DNA of 64,000 nt from contig CAXXKJ010000002.1 of assembly GCA_963675295.2 (NCBI GenBank), positions 608,001 through 672,000 on the forward strand, in the 5' to 3' direction. The DNA comes from a bacterium. GTDB taxonomy: Bacteria > Electryoneota > Electryoneia > Electryoneales > Electryoneaceae. Below are positions 49,401 through 58,141 of this stretch, one piece after another (within the stretch, counting starts at the first letter, position 1; the number at the start of each line of letters is the position of its first letter). Under the pieces are notes generated by a model that had not been told where the DNA came from, made no database searches, and was given only the letters and a program-made list of their open reading frames with translations. Both the position numbers and the translations under genes were made by a program.

Positions 49401-50923
49401 ACGAGCACATGTTCGGCGGGTTGGCAGATGCGACCATCGGCATCGAAAACCTCGCCGAGGATGACGGTCTGCTGGTCGCGTTTGACGCGCCGTACATCGA
49501 CAACCATTTCGCCATCCTGTTCACGTTCGAGGACTGGCTGTACGATGTTGAATGGGCAGCCGATCCAGCGTTCATGAACCCTCTGTCCACCTGGACCTTC
49601 GACACCGAATACACCATTGACGAAGTGATCCTGCTGCGCTTGTTCAACGCCGGCGAGCTGGATGAACTCCCGGACGATCTGACCGTGTTCTGGCGAGTCA
49701 ACACGATGAACTTGTACAGCCAGATGGCGTGGGCGGATCCGGGCGTGATGGGGCGCAGCTTCATGGTCTACATCCAGGAACCGCCGGACACGTTCGAGCT
49801 GATTCAACCGCCGGATGAGGCCGTGGTGGAACAGGATACGGTGACCGTCTGGTGGCATTCGACCACCGATCCAGACCCGTTGGACACACTAAGCTACGTT
49901 GTCGAATGGTCGGCTGTCGAGGACGAGTTCCTGCCGGAGAACAGCGCAGTTGTCAGCGACACGTTCTTCACCATTACCGAGCTGCAGCAGTTGGTTCAGA
50001 CGCCGCGTCACGGTGGGGCGGAGGCGAAGGTTCAGGCGGATGTGGTCGAGCTGCCGCGGGGTAAACGGGACAAGGTGCGGGGCAAGGCGGGTGCGTCCGT
50101 GGCGGCGGTGAATCCGTCGGAACAGAACGGTCTGCCGGTAGAACCAGGCGAGAACGAGATCGACGAACTCCCGGACGATTCGTATCTCTACTGGCGTGTG
50201 CGCGCGCGGGATCAGGCGGGGAACGAAACGTGGCCCGCGCATGGCGAGACGCCGTGGCGGTTCTACGTGCAGGTGCCGGAACCGCCGGACCCGTTCGTTT
50301 TGCTGGCGCCGGAAGACGGCGACACGCTGTCCGAGCTGGAGGTGAGCGCGTTGACGTTTTCGTGGGAGGAGTCGGTCGATCCCGACCCGGACGAGGAGGT
50401 GGTGTACGGTCTGCGGGTGCAGGTGCAGGTGGGAACGAGCATCGACACGACGCTGCTGTACACCGGCTTGACTGAACCGTCATATACGTTGAACCTCGCG
50501 GACACGCTGGGTATCGGCGAGTGGGAGGACTGGTGGACGGTCGGCTGGGTTGTTGGCGCGGTGTCGGCAGGGGATACGACGCTCTGCGATGATCCGTTCG
50601 GCTTCCTCGTCGCGCCGTACCTGTCGGTGTATGACAGCGAGTTTACTGGCATCCCGGACGAGTTCTCGATCGCGCGGATCTACCCGAACCCGTTCAACCC
50701 GGTGACCAATGTGGTGGTCGGTATTCCGCACGCCAGTGACGTCCGTGTCGCGGTGTACAACGTGCTCGGACGGCGGGTGCAGACGGTTCGGCTGGATCGT
50801 GCAACGCCCGGCTATCACACGATCTCGCTGGACGGCCACACGCTCGCAAGTGGCATCTACTTCGTGCAGGTGACCGTTCCCGGCCAACTCAACGAGGTGC
50901 GCAAGGTTGTGCTGGTGAGATAG
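46433..50923 (+). CDS. Large secreted multidomain protein (putative N-terminal hydrolase, Fn3/Ig repeats, T9SS-type CTD)
   Basis: Signal peptide; Fn3 'DTTPPS...VELTW...YEIYY'; repeated 'F.L..P.D' modules; CTD 'YPNPFNP...ASGIYFV...RKVVLVR'. Confidence 0.8.
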   Translation: MFRMRVAAYGLIVFALLQTAQLHAQITETGSFRSFILGNEPAAAYDNWISHTVEGLAVPGGYNHHMPPQFDRQTTGFGSFELISDDDAPAESLFWRQVFTHMWNDDLAAAQALFSSQGRPFDAVYFNDTETGRTFRMVREQLNESYVDTGFFAGPDDDVIGSFDKGWGLFVFNPEAAIPWAHAQVVHINDDFIAPPLTTDLFLDGDLGVLSMNGTGREVRWVDGEDYNNSRSLSDPSRNGRLPVQWFTQFVIDTLRAQGMTDLTIQFHSYDSESHLTEPTIQISGGPLDAFPNRGARDISGQGYDWVNFAPTVVVPADYSMPGQAEVLVQNYFAVWRGFGLMHLESGVEIPRNVQLTGYGDSPQMASAWEGVNRYETFDRWLHVEFDELPNPIAAAEYTELDFFMGTAPPTEENWDALLRYYEASNDALVAYLHDVENTQDTTPPSTAAGLSVYYVADDFVELTWSQASLDPNFATYEIYYGTADEIDTTNTLWNFSNDPDLVGQNIRFTSVNGLDFNQDYGFRVRGLDLFGLAGPLTETVRAITVEGDQAPLPFSLISPLDADTCFTLDTTLVWQSTTDPDLYDVPHYDVWMDTLPDLSTAWQLEDADSLADTTFAVEDLMNRRTLFWSVRATDRNTEGTWANEINSLVTWMPLPPADFTLKYPRDRETLYDVTSTPIRWRSTVSQNDPDWEITYRLIFGRDAAFADADTFQTQDTTWTVDDLELNHTYWYNVYAHDQIDTVRCESVWRFYVWSHPIPNFSLVLPELGARVGSGEVTVTWEEPAPARVDATQTHHRQMQTDSITPAVEGRVTRLSKQRKHSGKGIPFDGGQGWASIDAQGGPDDFGHLWIDNGDYGGPLFDWIEISETGTLSSVSDTDDGTESVELPFTFPYYGGEYDTLVISSNGNAHFGTPDDGWQHYTIPSADGPAGILAPWWMDLRPNVRGTIFYQAFDDYFVVQWDNCQEYSHPLWSYTFQLILYPNGRIKFQYEHMFGGLADATIGIENLAEDDGLLVAFDAPYIDNHFAILFTFEDWLYDVEWAADPAFMNPLSTWTFDTEYTIDEVILLRLFNAGELDELPDDLTVFWRVNTMNLYSQMAWADPGVMGRSFMVYIQEPPDTFELIQPPDEAVVEQDTVTVWWHSTTDPDPLDTLSYVVEWSAVEDEFLPENSAVVSDTFFTITELQQLVQTPRHGGAEAKVQADVVELPRGKRDKVRGKAGASVAAVNPSEQNGLPVEPGENEIDELPDDSYLYWRVRARDQAGNETWPAHGETPWRFYVQVPEPPDPFVLLAPEDGDTLSELEVSALTFSWEESVDPDPDEEVVYGLRVQVQVGTSIDTTLLYTGLTEPSYTLNLADTLGIGEWEDWWTVGWVVGAVSAGDTTLCDDPFGFLVAPYLSVYDSEFTGIPDEFSIARIYPNPFNPVTNVVVGIPHASDVRVAVYNVLGRRVQTVRLDRATPGYHTISLDGHTLASGIYFVQVTVPGQLNEVRKVVLVR

Positions 50924-50979
50924 CTTCGAGTTCCATGGCTGGTGAGTTGTGGTTTCCAGCTGTGCAGACTGTGAAAGAC

Positions 50980-51011
50980 AACCCGCCGAGTTTCTAAGTT
51001 CGGCGGGTTTC
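50980..51011. terminator. Hairpin terminator between convergent genes
   Basis: AACCCGCCGAG...TTCGGCGGGTTT. Confidence 0.65.
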
Positions 51012-51048
51012 CTCGCACAGAAACTTCCCGTGTACCCCACTGTCCGGG

Positions 51049-51669
51049 TTACAGCTGAGGCACAACCCCCTGTGCAAGCAGAAGTTGATAATGCCCGTTC
51101 GCTGGAAATTCTGGAAGTGCGAAATCCAAGAGCAAGGTGAAGGTATGGAATCCCGGAGAAAAGTTAACGGAAAGTTGGCCATCCAAGTCAGGAAGTAACG
51201 GTTGAAATGCTTCTCCATCAATGCTGATGTGCCACATAATTGAATAATCGATATTCACATAGGTGTTGTTGTACACATCACTCACGTAATGAAGTGTTGG
51301 TGCGCCTTCGGCACCTGCAAACCCCTCGCAAAGTTTCCATATCATGGATTCTGATCCTTCAATCGTGCCGCAAAACTCAACGGAAAGAGGTTCTGTCATT
51401 TGACTTAGATGGACATTTGCGGCGGTCCAGTCCAATGTGAGTCGCATGGAGATTTCTGTTGTGTCTTCATCCGTAATGGAACGCGCGCCAAATTTCCGTC
51501 GATCCGCTGCCTTGCCAATGGAGATATAATGCGGTTTTCCATAGGGTTGAATTGAACGTGGTGGGTTCTTTGTTTCTGGTGTCCGCGGGGGTGGAGGTGT
51601 AGCTGCCAGCGATGATGCCGCAAGCAGCAATAACAAACTAAAAACGAGGTATACGTATATGACACGCAT
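51049..51669 (-). CDS. Secreted pilin-like minor subunit
   Basis: Sec signal; beta-rich; C-terminal 'ANGHYQLLLA' matches the 233-aa protein. Confidence 0.5.
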   Translation of the reverse strand: MRVIYVYLVFSLLLLLAASSLAATPPPPRTPETKNPPRSIQPYGKPHYISIGKAADRRKFGARSITDEDTTEISMRLTLDWTAANVHLSQMTEPLSVEFCGTIEGSESMIWKLCEGFAGAEGAPTLHYVSDVYNNTYVNIDYSIMWHISIDGEAFQPLLPDLDGQLSVNFSPGFHTFTLLLDFALPEFPANGHYQLLLAQGVVPQL

Positions 51670-51699
51670 GGTCTTGCCACGGTTAATGGCTTCAAAAAA

Positions 51700-53355
51700 C
51701 TAAATCACAAAAACTCTTGTCTTACGATACAACGATCCTTCATCAGAATCATACGTTATATAAAAAGTAGCTCTATATTTGCCATCTTTCAGCTCAGGAA
51801 TATTTAATGAGTAATTACGACGGCCATTCGGAAGTATGATTTGATCGCGTCCACCAAATTCAACACGGTCTGATATTATATCATAAGCTCCTGGATTGTT
51901 CTCTCGTTCGAGTGCAAAGATACCGGAAACAAAGCAGTATTTCGTTCCGTTATTTTCGACACTAAGGTCAAAGATGCATTTTTGGGTGTCTGGATCTTTG
52001 TGGACATAGATTGTGTCGATTGAAACCTCGGATTCTCCTGTTTCCGGTCCGGTCAGGATGATTAATTGCGTGCGTGCGCCACGAAACTCTTCCGCCAACG
52101 CAGGTTCCAGGCCCTTAGGTATCAGACTCAGCGCGGCATAATACTCGCCGTCCAACGTTTCAGGTGCCTCTACGCGTAGCTTTACCGTTGTGGAATGACG
52201 GGGAGGAAGCACGATCTCGTCGTCGACCTGTTCCAGCCAGGAAAGCGCAGACCGGCCGTGGTCAACGCCCGCCGGGCTGAAATAGGAGTTTCCCCGTGGA
52301 TCGATTGACCAGTCAATAGTTTCCGGTTGCAGCCAGATTGTGTCCAGGGCGATGCTTTGCAGGTTGGCAACGATGTAGGTTGATCCACCGGGAGTTACGG
52401 TTTTCCGCAACACGGGATCCCGGAACCGGAAGGCGGGCCGGGCTGCCCACCGAACCTGGGCCGTTTCATCCACCAGCACGTTCGGGATGGTTTGGCCGTC
52501 ACGGATTTCAAACGGGAATTCTTCCGAGATATTCCGGCCCTCGCGAGTCTGCAACGCGATACTCAGCAGGTAGTACCCGTCAACCAGCGCACCGACTCCC
52601 GTCGCTTTGAAATCCCGGGCACGGTTGGGAATGATATAGCCTTTTCCGGCGGTCAGCGGCAGGGTTTCCAGCCGCATGCCCGAGCCGCTCCACAGGCCCA
52701 CCGATCCCCGGACCATGGTGTGCGTATTCCCCGAATTTCGGATCGGAATCTTTAATTCCCAGCCCTTGCTTTGTTCAGAACGAGCGAGCAGGGATTGATT
52801 TTCGAGCTCTGCCTTTTCACCGTTCGGATAGACGATAATCGTGTCAGGATAGAGAACCGCTGCATTCCGCCTTGATTCGACGGTGAACATGAGCAGCACG
52901 GCGACCTGCAATTTCATTTCGAGGCCGGTTTCACCCTGATCCGTACTGATGTCAATCGGCATATCCTTGCTGCCGGCGGTGACTTTCAGCATGGCATAGT
53001 AGCCACCTTCGGCGTCGCGGGGAACGGTCACGGTTCCACTGAGCACCATTCCTTGAACCGGTCCGATATGTGCTGATTCCTGTTCAAGCGTAATCCAGTT
53101 CGCCGCACCGCGTGCGTAGGTCGAATCGTTGGCAACAAAGGGCTTGCCGGTTTCATCGATATCCATGTCATGGACGGAAAAAACAGCCAGCACCTCTTCA
53201 TCGCCATCGTTGTACACATTGAACTCGAAGGTGGTCGATCGTCCGCGTTTGACATCCAGTTCCTGGATCGGAGGGCTCAGCTGCAGCGCTGCTACTCCGA
53301 GCGATGGAAGCAGAATGGACAGGCAGATCGCGATGAGGCATGCTTTGGTGTTCAT
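51700..53355 (-). CDS. Tandem-duplicated PapD/COG3121-like periplasmic chaperone
   Basis: Signal peptide; each half has a 'W(I/L)...V..P....G.YYA.L' domain and an 'N.G...IIPN/ILPN..R...G.Y' domain. Confidence 0.6.
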   Translation of the reverse strand: MNTKACLIAICLSILLPSLGVAALQLSPPIQELDVKRGRSTTFEFNVYNDGDEEVLAVFSVHDMDIDETGKPFVANDSTYARGAANWITLEQESAHIGPVQGMVLSGTVTVPRDAEGGYYAMLKVTAGSKDMPIDISTDQGETGLEMKLQVAVLLMFTVESRRNAAVLYPDTIIVYPNGEKAELENQSLLARSEQSKGWELKIPIRNSGNTHTMVRGSVGLWSGSGMRLETLPLTAGKGYIIPNRARDFKATGVGALVDGYYLLSIALQTREGRNISEEFPFEIRDGQTIPNVLVDETAQVRWAARPAFRFRDPVLRKTVTPGGSTYIVANLQSIALDTIWLQPETIDWSIDPRGNSYFSPAGVDHGRSALSWLEQVDDEIVLPPRHSTTVKLRVEAPETLDGEYYAALSLIPKGLEPALAEEFRGARTQLIILTGPETGESEVSIDTIYVHKDPDTQKCIFDLSVENNGTKYCFVSGIFALERENNPGAYDIISDRVEFGGRDQIILPNGRRNYSLNIPELKDGKYRATFYITYDSDEGSLYRKTRVFVI

Positions 53356-53447
53356 AACCTACTCCACGGAAATCGGGCGAAACCGCACAGATCAAAAGCA
53401 ATGCGCCCGGCCGGCCGGGCTCCGGCCGGACGCATCTGCATGTTGGA

Positions 53448-54149
53448 TCAGGTTGTCGGAACCGGGCACCCAGCGATAACCAGCTGGTAGTGACCATCCG
53501 CCTGGTGTTCGATCAACAGGAAGGAACCCCACCACTGGAACCAGTGGTTACATGGCGCAACATTCCAGTTCAGCACCAGGTCGCCGTTGCCGTTCGGGGT
53601 ACAAGTCGCCCAGTCGTGGGTCACGTTCGACCCGATCGACAGGCCATTGCCCATGCGGCACTGCCATGCGATCGGAATGTCGCCGGCGGATCCGAACGGA
53701 GCTTCGATGAAGTGAAGCTTGTCGAGGTCCTGAGACAACTTGTCAAGGCTGACCCGGAGCGTTTCGTTCGAACGCACGGTTCCGCTGATGTAGAAGTTGA
53801 TCGTTTCGGCGCCTGTGAGCGCGTTGACACGATGCCAGTCGTAATCGGTGTACTGGTAGGTGCAAACCATGCTCAGTTCAATCCACAGATCGAGGGTGAT
53901 CGGATCATACTGAATGATCTGGCTCTCCCACTGATCCCCAACCAGATAGAACTGATGGAAGTTTCCACCGGCGTACAGGCACAGGCCACTGTCGTAGCTG
54001 CCGGTAGCGGTTTCCCAGTTGATCGGGCAGTTGCCCCACCCCTCAGCGAACGTCTGGCCGGTGAGCTGGTTCGTGTACTCCGGCGGACCTGAAGCGATCG
54101 CCGCTCCCGCGATCAAGCTCAGGACAATGATGAACGTTAACGGTTTCAT
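53448..54149 (-). CDS. Secreted Cys-rich pilin-like major subunit
   Basis: SD GGAGGAG; Sec signal 'AGAAIA|'; 7 Cys; C-terminal 'ADGHYQLVIA'; GC-rich hairpin downstream. Confidence 0.55.
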   Translation of the reverse strand: MKPLTFIIVLSLIAGAAIASGPPEYTNQLTGQTFAEGWGNCPINWETATGSYDSGLCLYAGGNFHQFYLVGDQWESQIIQYDPITLDLWIELSMVCTYQYTDYDWHRVNALTGAETINFYISGTVRSNETLRVSLDKLSQDLDKLHFIEAPFGSAGDIPIAWQCRMGNGLSIGSNVTHDWATCTPNGNGDLVLNWNVAPCNHWFQWWGSFLLIEHQADGHYQLVIAGCPVPTT

Positions 54150-54421
54150 GATACATCTCCTCCGCTTTGCACCTTATATTGGTGCAGTTAAGCCGTTCCG
54201 TGAGAAATCACGGATTTCGGCTTCGCGCGGCCGTCCGGAAGCTTCCCCAAGCGTTTGACCGGACGGCCATTTTTTACTGCCTACCTGGATTACTGCGTTT
54301 ATGCCCGAGTGGGCTGTTATGGGATGGAGGTGTGACCAATCGCCCGGTTAGGTGGCACACTCTCCTTTTCCCGAGACTGACTGACGAATCCGCGGTGCTG
54401 TTTCCCCGTCGTTTGTGTTGA

Positions 54422-56029
54422 CTATCCCTCAAGCACGTGAGGGGTTACAAAGATCACAATCTCCGAGTCGCGTGTGTTATCCTGCGTATAGCGAAAGAAG
54501 TAGCCGAGAAACGGTATACTTCCCAGGAGAGGGATCTTTCGTTGCTGTTTGTCTTCCACTTCCAGGCTCAATCCACCGATGGTGAAGGTGTCGCCATCGT
54601 TGATGCGAACCGTCGTTTCGGCTGCACGTGTGTTGATCTGCGGAAGACCTTCACTGTCCTCACCGATCACATCCCCAACTTGTGGCCTGAGATAGAGCGT
54701 AATCTCCTTTGTATCGGAGACAAGCGGGGTTATTTCTAGAATAATGCCAGATGTAATCGATTGTAAGGTATTTTGCGCATAATATTGATTTTGACTTGTC
54801 TGAATAATAAAATATTCGTCTCGTATCAATCGTATGCTTGCAGTCCTGCCATTCATGGTTGTGATCCGTGGATTCGCACGGATGCGAGCGTCCCCGGACG
54901 CCAGCAAGGCATTCAGCGAAACGCTTACATCCACCAATTCACCTCCAACCGACCCGCCAAGTTCAACAATTTCGAGAGTCGAGGATGGGGTGTCGATCTG
55001 GGGAGAACTGGTTGAGAACAATCGCGCATGGTTCGGATCCCGATTGCTCGCGGACCAGTCCACTCCCAGCTGCAATTGGCCGGTGTGCGTAATCTCGGCG
55101 ACAATGACTTCGATGGACACCTGAACCGGTGGTTCATCCATGGCGAGAATGTCTGCTTTGATTCGCTTGACAAGCGATTCGGGAGCGGTAATGAACACCT
55201 TGTTGCCAGTGTCTGAAGCCTTTACATAGTCTGAATAAATGTCTGGCAATGTATTTACCGCCGCACTCGCCTTGATATTTGTCAACTGAACAACATCCGT
55301 AATTGATATCAGCGTAAACGACGGATCCGTAGGATCAAGGCTGCCAATGATATATTTGTCATCCGTAAATACATAAGCATACCCCAGTGGCAATAAGATT
55401 GAATTCAGCAATTTGTCAATCGGCTGATCATTGGCTTCATAGGTGACCAGACCCTCTACCATCGGGCTCCAGAAGATGGGAATGCCTGTTTCGATGGAAA
55501 GGTCACTGAGAATCATGCCCAGATCAGTCTCATAGTAGGTGTTTGTAATTCTGAGATCCTGATGCGGGGAGGGATCGGCTGCCTCGTGGTTGAGTGTGTC
55601 TGAACGTGTATCGCTTGCTCGTGGTGTGTCACGGTACGATTGCTGGTTTATGACCATCGCGGAGTGACGCAATTTGCCGATCCGAGTGCTGTCTCGTTCG
55701 GAATCAGCCCACCGGTAGGCATCGTTGATCGTATTCAAGGCAGCTGCAGCGTCTTCGACTTCGAGTTGTGTTTCGGTCAGGAGCAGCAGGAAGGGAAGAC
55801 GGTCAGAAGAAAGGGGCAGGAATTGGAGTTTGTTCGTGAGGTAAACCTCAGCTTCCTGGTAGCGGTGTTCGTGGACCAGTTGCCTGGCAAACTCGTAGGC
55901 TTGAGCTGCGCCGTAGTCTGCAGGTCGTTCGGCTTTCGCGGCATTTGCCAGCAGGGACACAATCAGGAAGATCCATAGATACTTCAACCGACTTCGCCCC
56001 GGAAAATCTGAAGCCGTGATAAGACTCAT
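54422..56029 (-). CDS. Secretin (GspD/PilQ family) with N-terminal TPR-like helices
   Basis: N0 domain; 'QVSIEVIVAEI', 'ANPRITTMNG', 'GIILEITP', 'IGGL', 'KIPLLGSIPFLGYFFR', 'IFVTPHVL'. Confidence 0.92.
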   Translation of the reverse strand: MSLITASDFPGRSRLKYLWIFLIVSLLANAAKAERPADYGAAQAYEFARQLVHEHRYQEAEVYLTNKLQFLPLSSDRLPFLLLLTETQLEVEDAAAALNTINDAYRWADSERDSTRIGKLRHSAMVINQQSYRDTPRASDTRSDTLNHEAADPSPHQDLRITNTYYETDLGMILSDLSIETGIPIFWSPMVEGLVTYEANDQPIDKLLNSILLPLGYAYVFTDDKYIIGSLDPTDPSFTLISITDVVQLTNIKASAAVNTLPDIYSDYVKASDTGNKVFITAPESLVKRIKADILAMDEPPVQVSIEVIVAEITHTGQLQLGVDWSASNRDPNHARLFSTSSPQIDTPSSTLEIVELGGSVGGELVDVSVSLNALLASGDARIRANPRITTMNGRTASIRLIRDEYFIIQTSQNQYYAQNTLQSITSGIILEITPLVSDTKEITLYLRPQVGDVIGEDSEGLPQINTRAAETTVRINDGDTFTIGGLSLEVEDKQQRKIPLLGSIPFLGYFFRYTQDNTRDSEIVIFVTPHVLEG

Positions 56030-56749
56030 TTACCCCTCATAAACAAGTCACTATGTCAATGAAATAGCTGCGCCGAAGCACGTAGAATCATAGTACTCGG
56101 CTGCATGCCATCAAGCAATCGAGATCAAATAACGTATACAAACAAGCTTATTAACACTAAATGAAGTCGATAATCATTTACATATAACAGGACAATCGGA
56201 CAGCTGTGACAAAATCCTTGTCCGAGCAAACATCTTCTATTACTGGAGAAAGCTGACCCCCCCTGGGATGGTACCAGTATACTAACACAATTTTGGAATT
56301 GCGAGCTTGTGCGCAATTTTCTTATTTGGATATTGCTCCGAGAGACTATAAGATAATTATATATCAGGATCAATAATAAAAAGAAATAGTGCTAGATAAA
56401 GTCCTGATAAATTTAAAACTCCGCAGAAATGATTTATAATAATTAAGAAGATGATTTGAAAAAATTCCTTGCTGGCGAGCTATTTTTTGTCTCACGATAC
56501 AAGGAAATCACTCAGTCTCGTCCTTAGGTAACAACAGGGTAGGCATTAACACTCCCGAGTTATCATTGATATGTTTGGCACGCATAACAAAGGCTTAAAC
56601 TGGAACAAGAACAAAACATTATATTTAATAATGTTATAAAAGAGGATAGGGGCCTTCTTCGTGGGTACACGAGTCGGAAAGGGAGGATATCACCATTCTT
56701 CTATCTTAACAGAAACCAGGATGATAACATCGATATCAATGGTACTTGT

Positions 56750-57928
56750 TTAAAAATAGACATTTAATCGCGCAAATCCGGACAGCAGGCCGCTTGGAAA
56801 CGCTCCATCTTCTTCACCCAGCGTATAGCCCGCGAAGAGGGTCGCGTCGGCGTTCTGCGCGATGGAAATGGTCAGTCTCGGGTTGATCATGTAGGTTTCG
56901 TCGGGCGAAACGAACGCATACAGCGAGGCGGTTGTCAGCATGGTGATGTCGTAGCGTGTGCCGAGCATCAGCCACCCTGGCCCGACCGGTTCGCCGTACA
57001 GCAGGTTGGCCAGCCAGTCGCTGATCGGGTAGGGGGTTTCTTCTTCCGCGCGACCGTTGTAGAACCCTTCCGCCATGACATACAGCCCATTCTCGAAAGT
57101 GTAGTCGAAGCCACCAACGACACGGGCGAAATCGTCCTCGGATTCCATCCAGTTGTAGTTGCCTTCCATCCAGATACCGAGTCCGAGCAGCGAGCCGGTA
57201 AACTCGAGGCCGAGCGCTTCCCGTCGTTGCGTGCGCGGCATCAGGAATGTTGGATCGAGCGAGGTCGAGTCGGTGACCGAGTGCGCGGTGACGGCGACAT
57301 CGTAGCCGATCGCGGAGAGGTAGGTCGCAAGGCGCAGGGCGTAGCCGGACTGGTCGAAGTTCGGCCCAGGGGCCATGATCGCGGCGATCTGTCCGCCGAT
57401 ACCCCAGCGGTAGTCGAGCCGGATCGCGCCGACGCCTTCCTTTTCGTAGGTCGGGTCGATCAGCGATTTCTTGTGGAACAGGTCGGTGGGGTTGATGCTG
57501 TAGCCGGGTCCCCAGGACAGTTGCTGCTTCCCGGCGCGCAGGGTGAAGCCGTGCGTGTTCCAGGTGAGGAACGCGTTATCGAGATAGATCCGGCTGCGAT
57601 CGAGGTTGACCACCGGCTGCTGGCCGAACTGGCGCATCACACGCACGATATCCGGCGGCAGGTACGGTTCAGCATTGATCGCGAGATCGCTGTGGTAATA
57701 GAGGAAGTTGACATTGCCCCGAAAACCCAGCTCGCCGTCCTCACCGCCGGATTGCACGTCAAGCCGCACTTTTGACGCGCTGACCAGGGTTTCGTCGCCC
57801 TTTTCCGGCTGATCAATCTGGGTCGTATTTTCGTAGTAGCCGGAGAAGTCCGGTTGCGCGTGGCTGATGCCCGTAAGAAAGACCAGTGCCGCCACAGCCA
57901 GTATCCAGCGAAGTTGTTGTGCATTCAT
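56750..57928 (-). CDS. Outer-membrane beta-barrel protein of the RND/LolA-like operon
   Basis: Signal peptide; 'LRAGKQQLSWG...NPTD'; ends in 'LNVYF'. Confidence 0.75.
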   Translation of the reverse strand: MNAQQLRWILAVAALVFLTGISHAQPDFSGYYENTTQIDQPEKGDETLVSASKVRLDVQSGGEDGELGFRGNVNFLYYHSDLAINAEPYLPPDIVRVMRQFGQQPVVNLDRSRIYLDNAFLTWNTHGFTLRAGKQQLSWGPGYSINPTDLFHKKSLIDPTYEKEGVGAIRLDYRWGIGGQIAAIMAPGPNFDQSGYALRLATYLSAIGYDVAVTAHSVTDSTSLDPTFLMPRTQRREALGLEFTGSLLGLGIWMEGNYNWMESEDDFARVVGGFDYTFENGLYVMAEGFYNGRAEEETPYPISDWLANLLYGEPVGPGWLMLGTRYDITMLTTASLYAFVSPDETYMINPRLTISIAQNADATLFAGYTLGEEDGAFPSGLLSGFARLNVYF

Positions 57929-58141
57929 CGTATCGATTTCCTCATGCCCCAGACAGTCATCTCCGGGATGATCAACCGTTTCCCACGGGTCCCTGCTTTC
58001 AAGGTGCCTTCTACATCCAGGTGCCCCTGATGGCTCCGCCAACAGGGATCATCAGCCGTCTCCGGGTCCGCGTCCGCATTTTCTGCGTCACGAGTACTTC
58101 ACCACCTCATCACTCGATTACTTCACCACTCCACAGTGCTA

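Noticed and set aside
54422-56029. Canonical T2SS/T4P/Tad locus or filamentous prophage
   Set aside because: No ATPase, platform protein, N-methyl pilins, Zot/pI ATPase or replication gene nearby.
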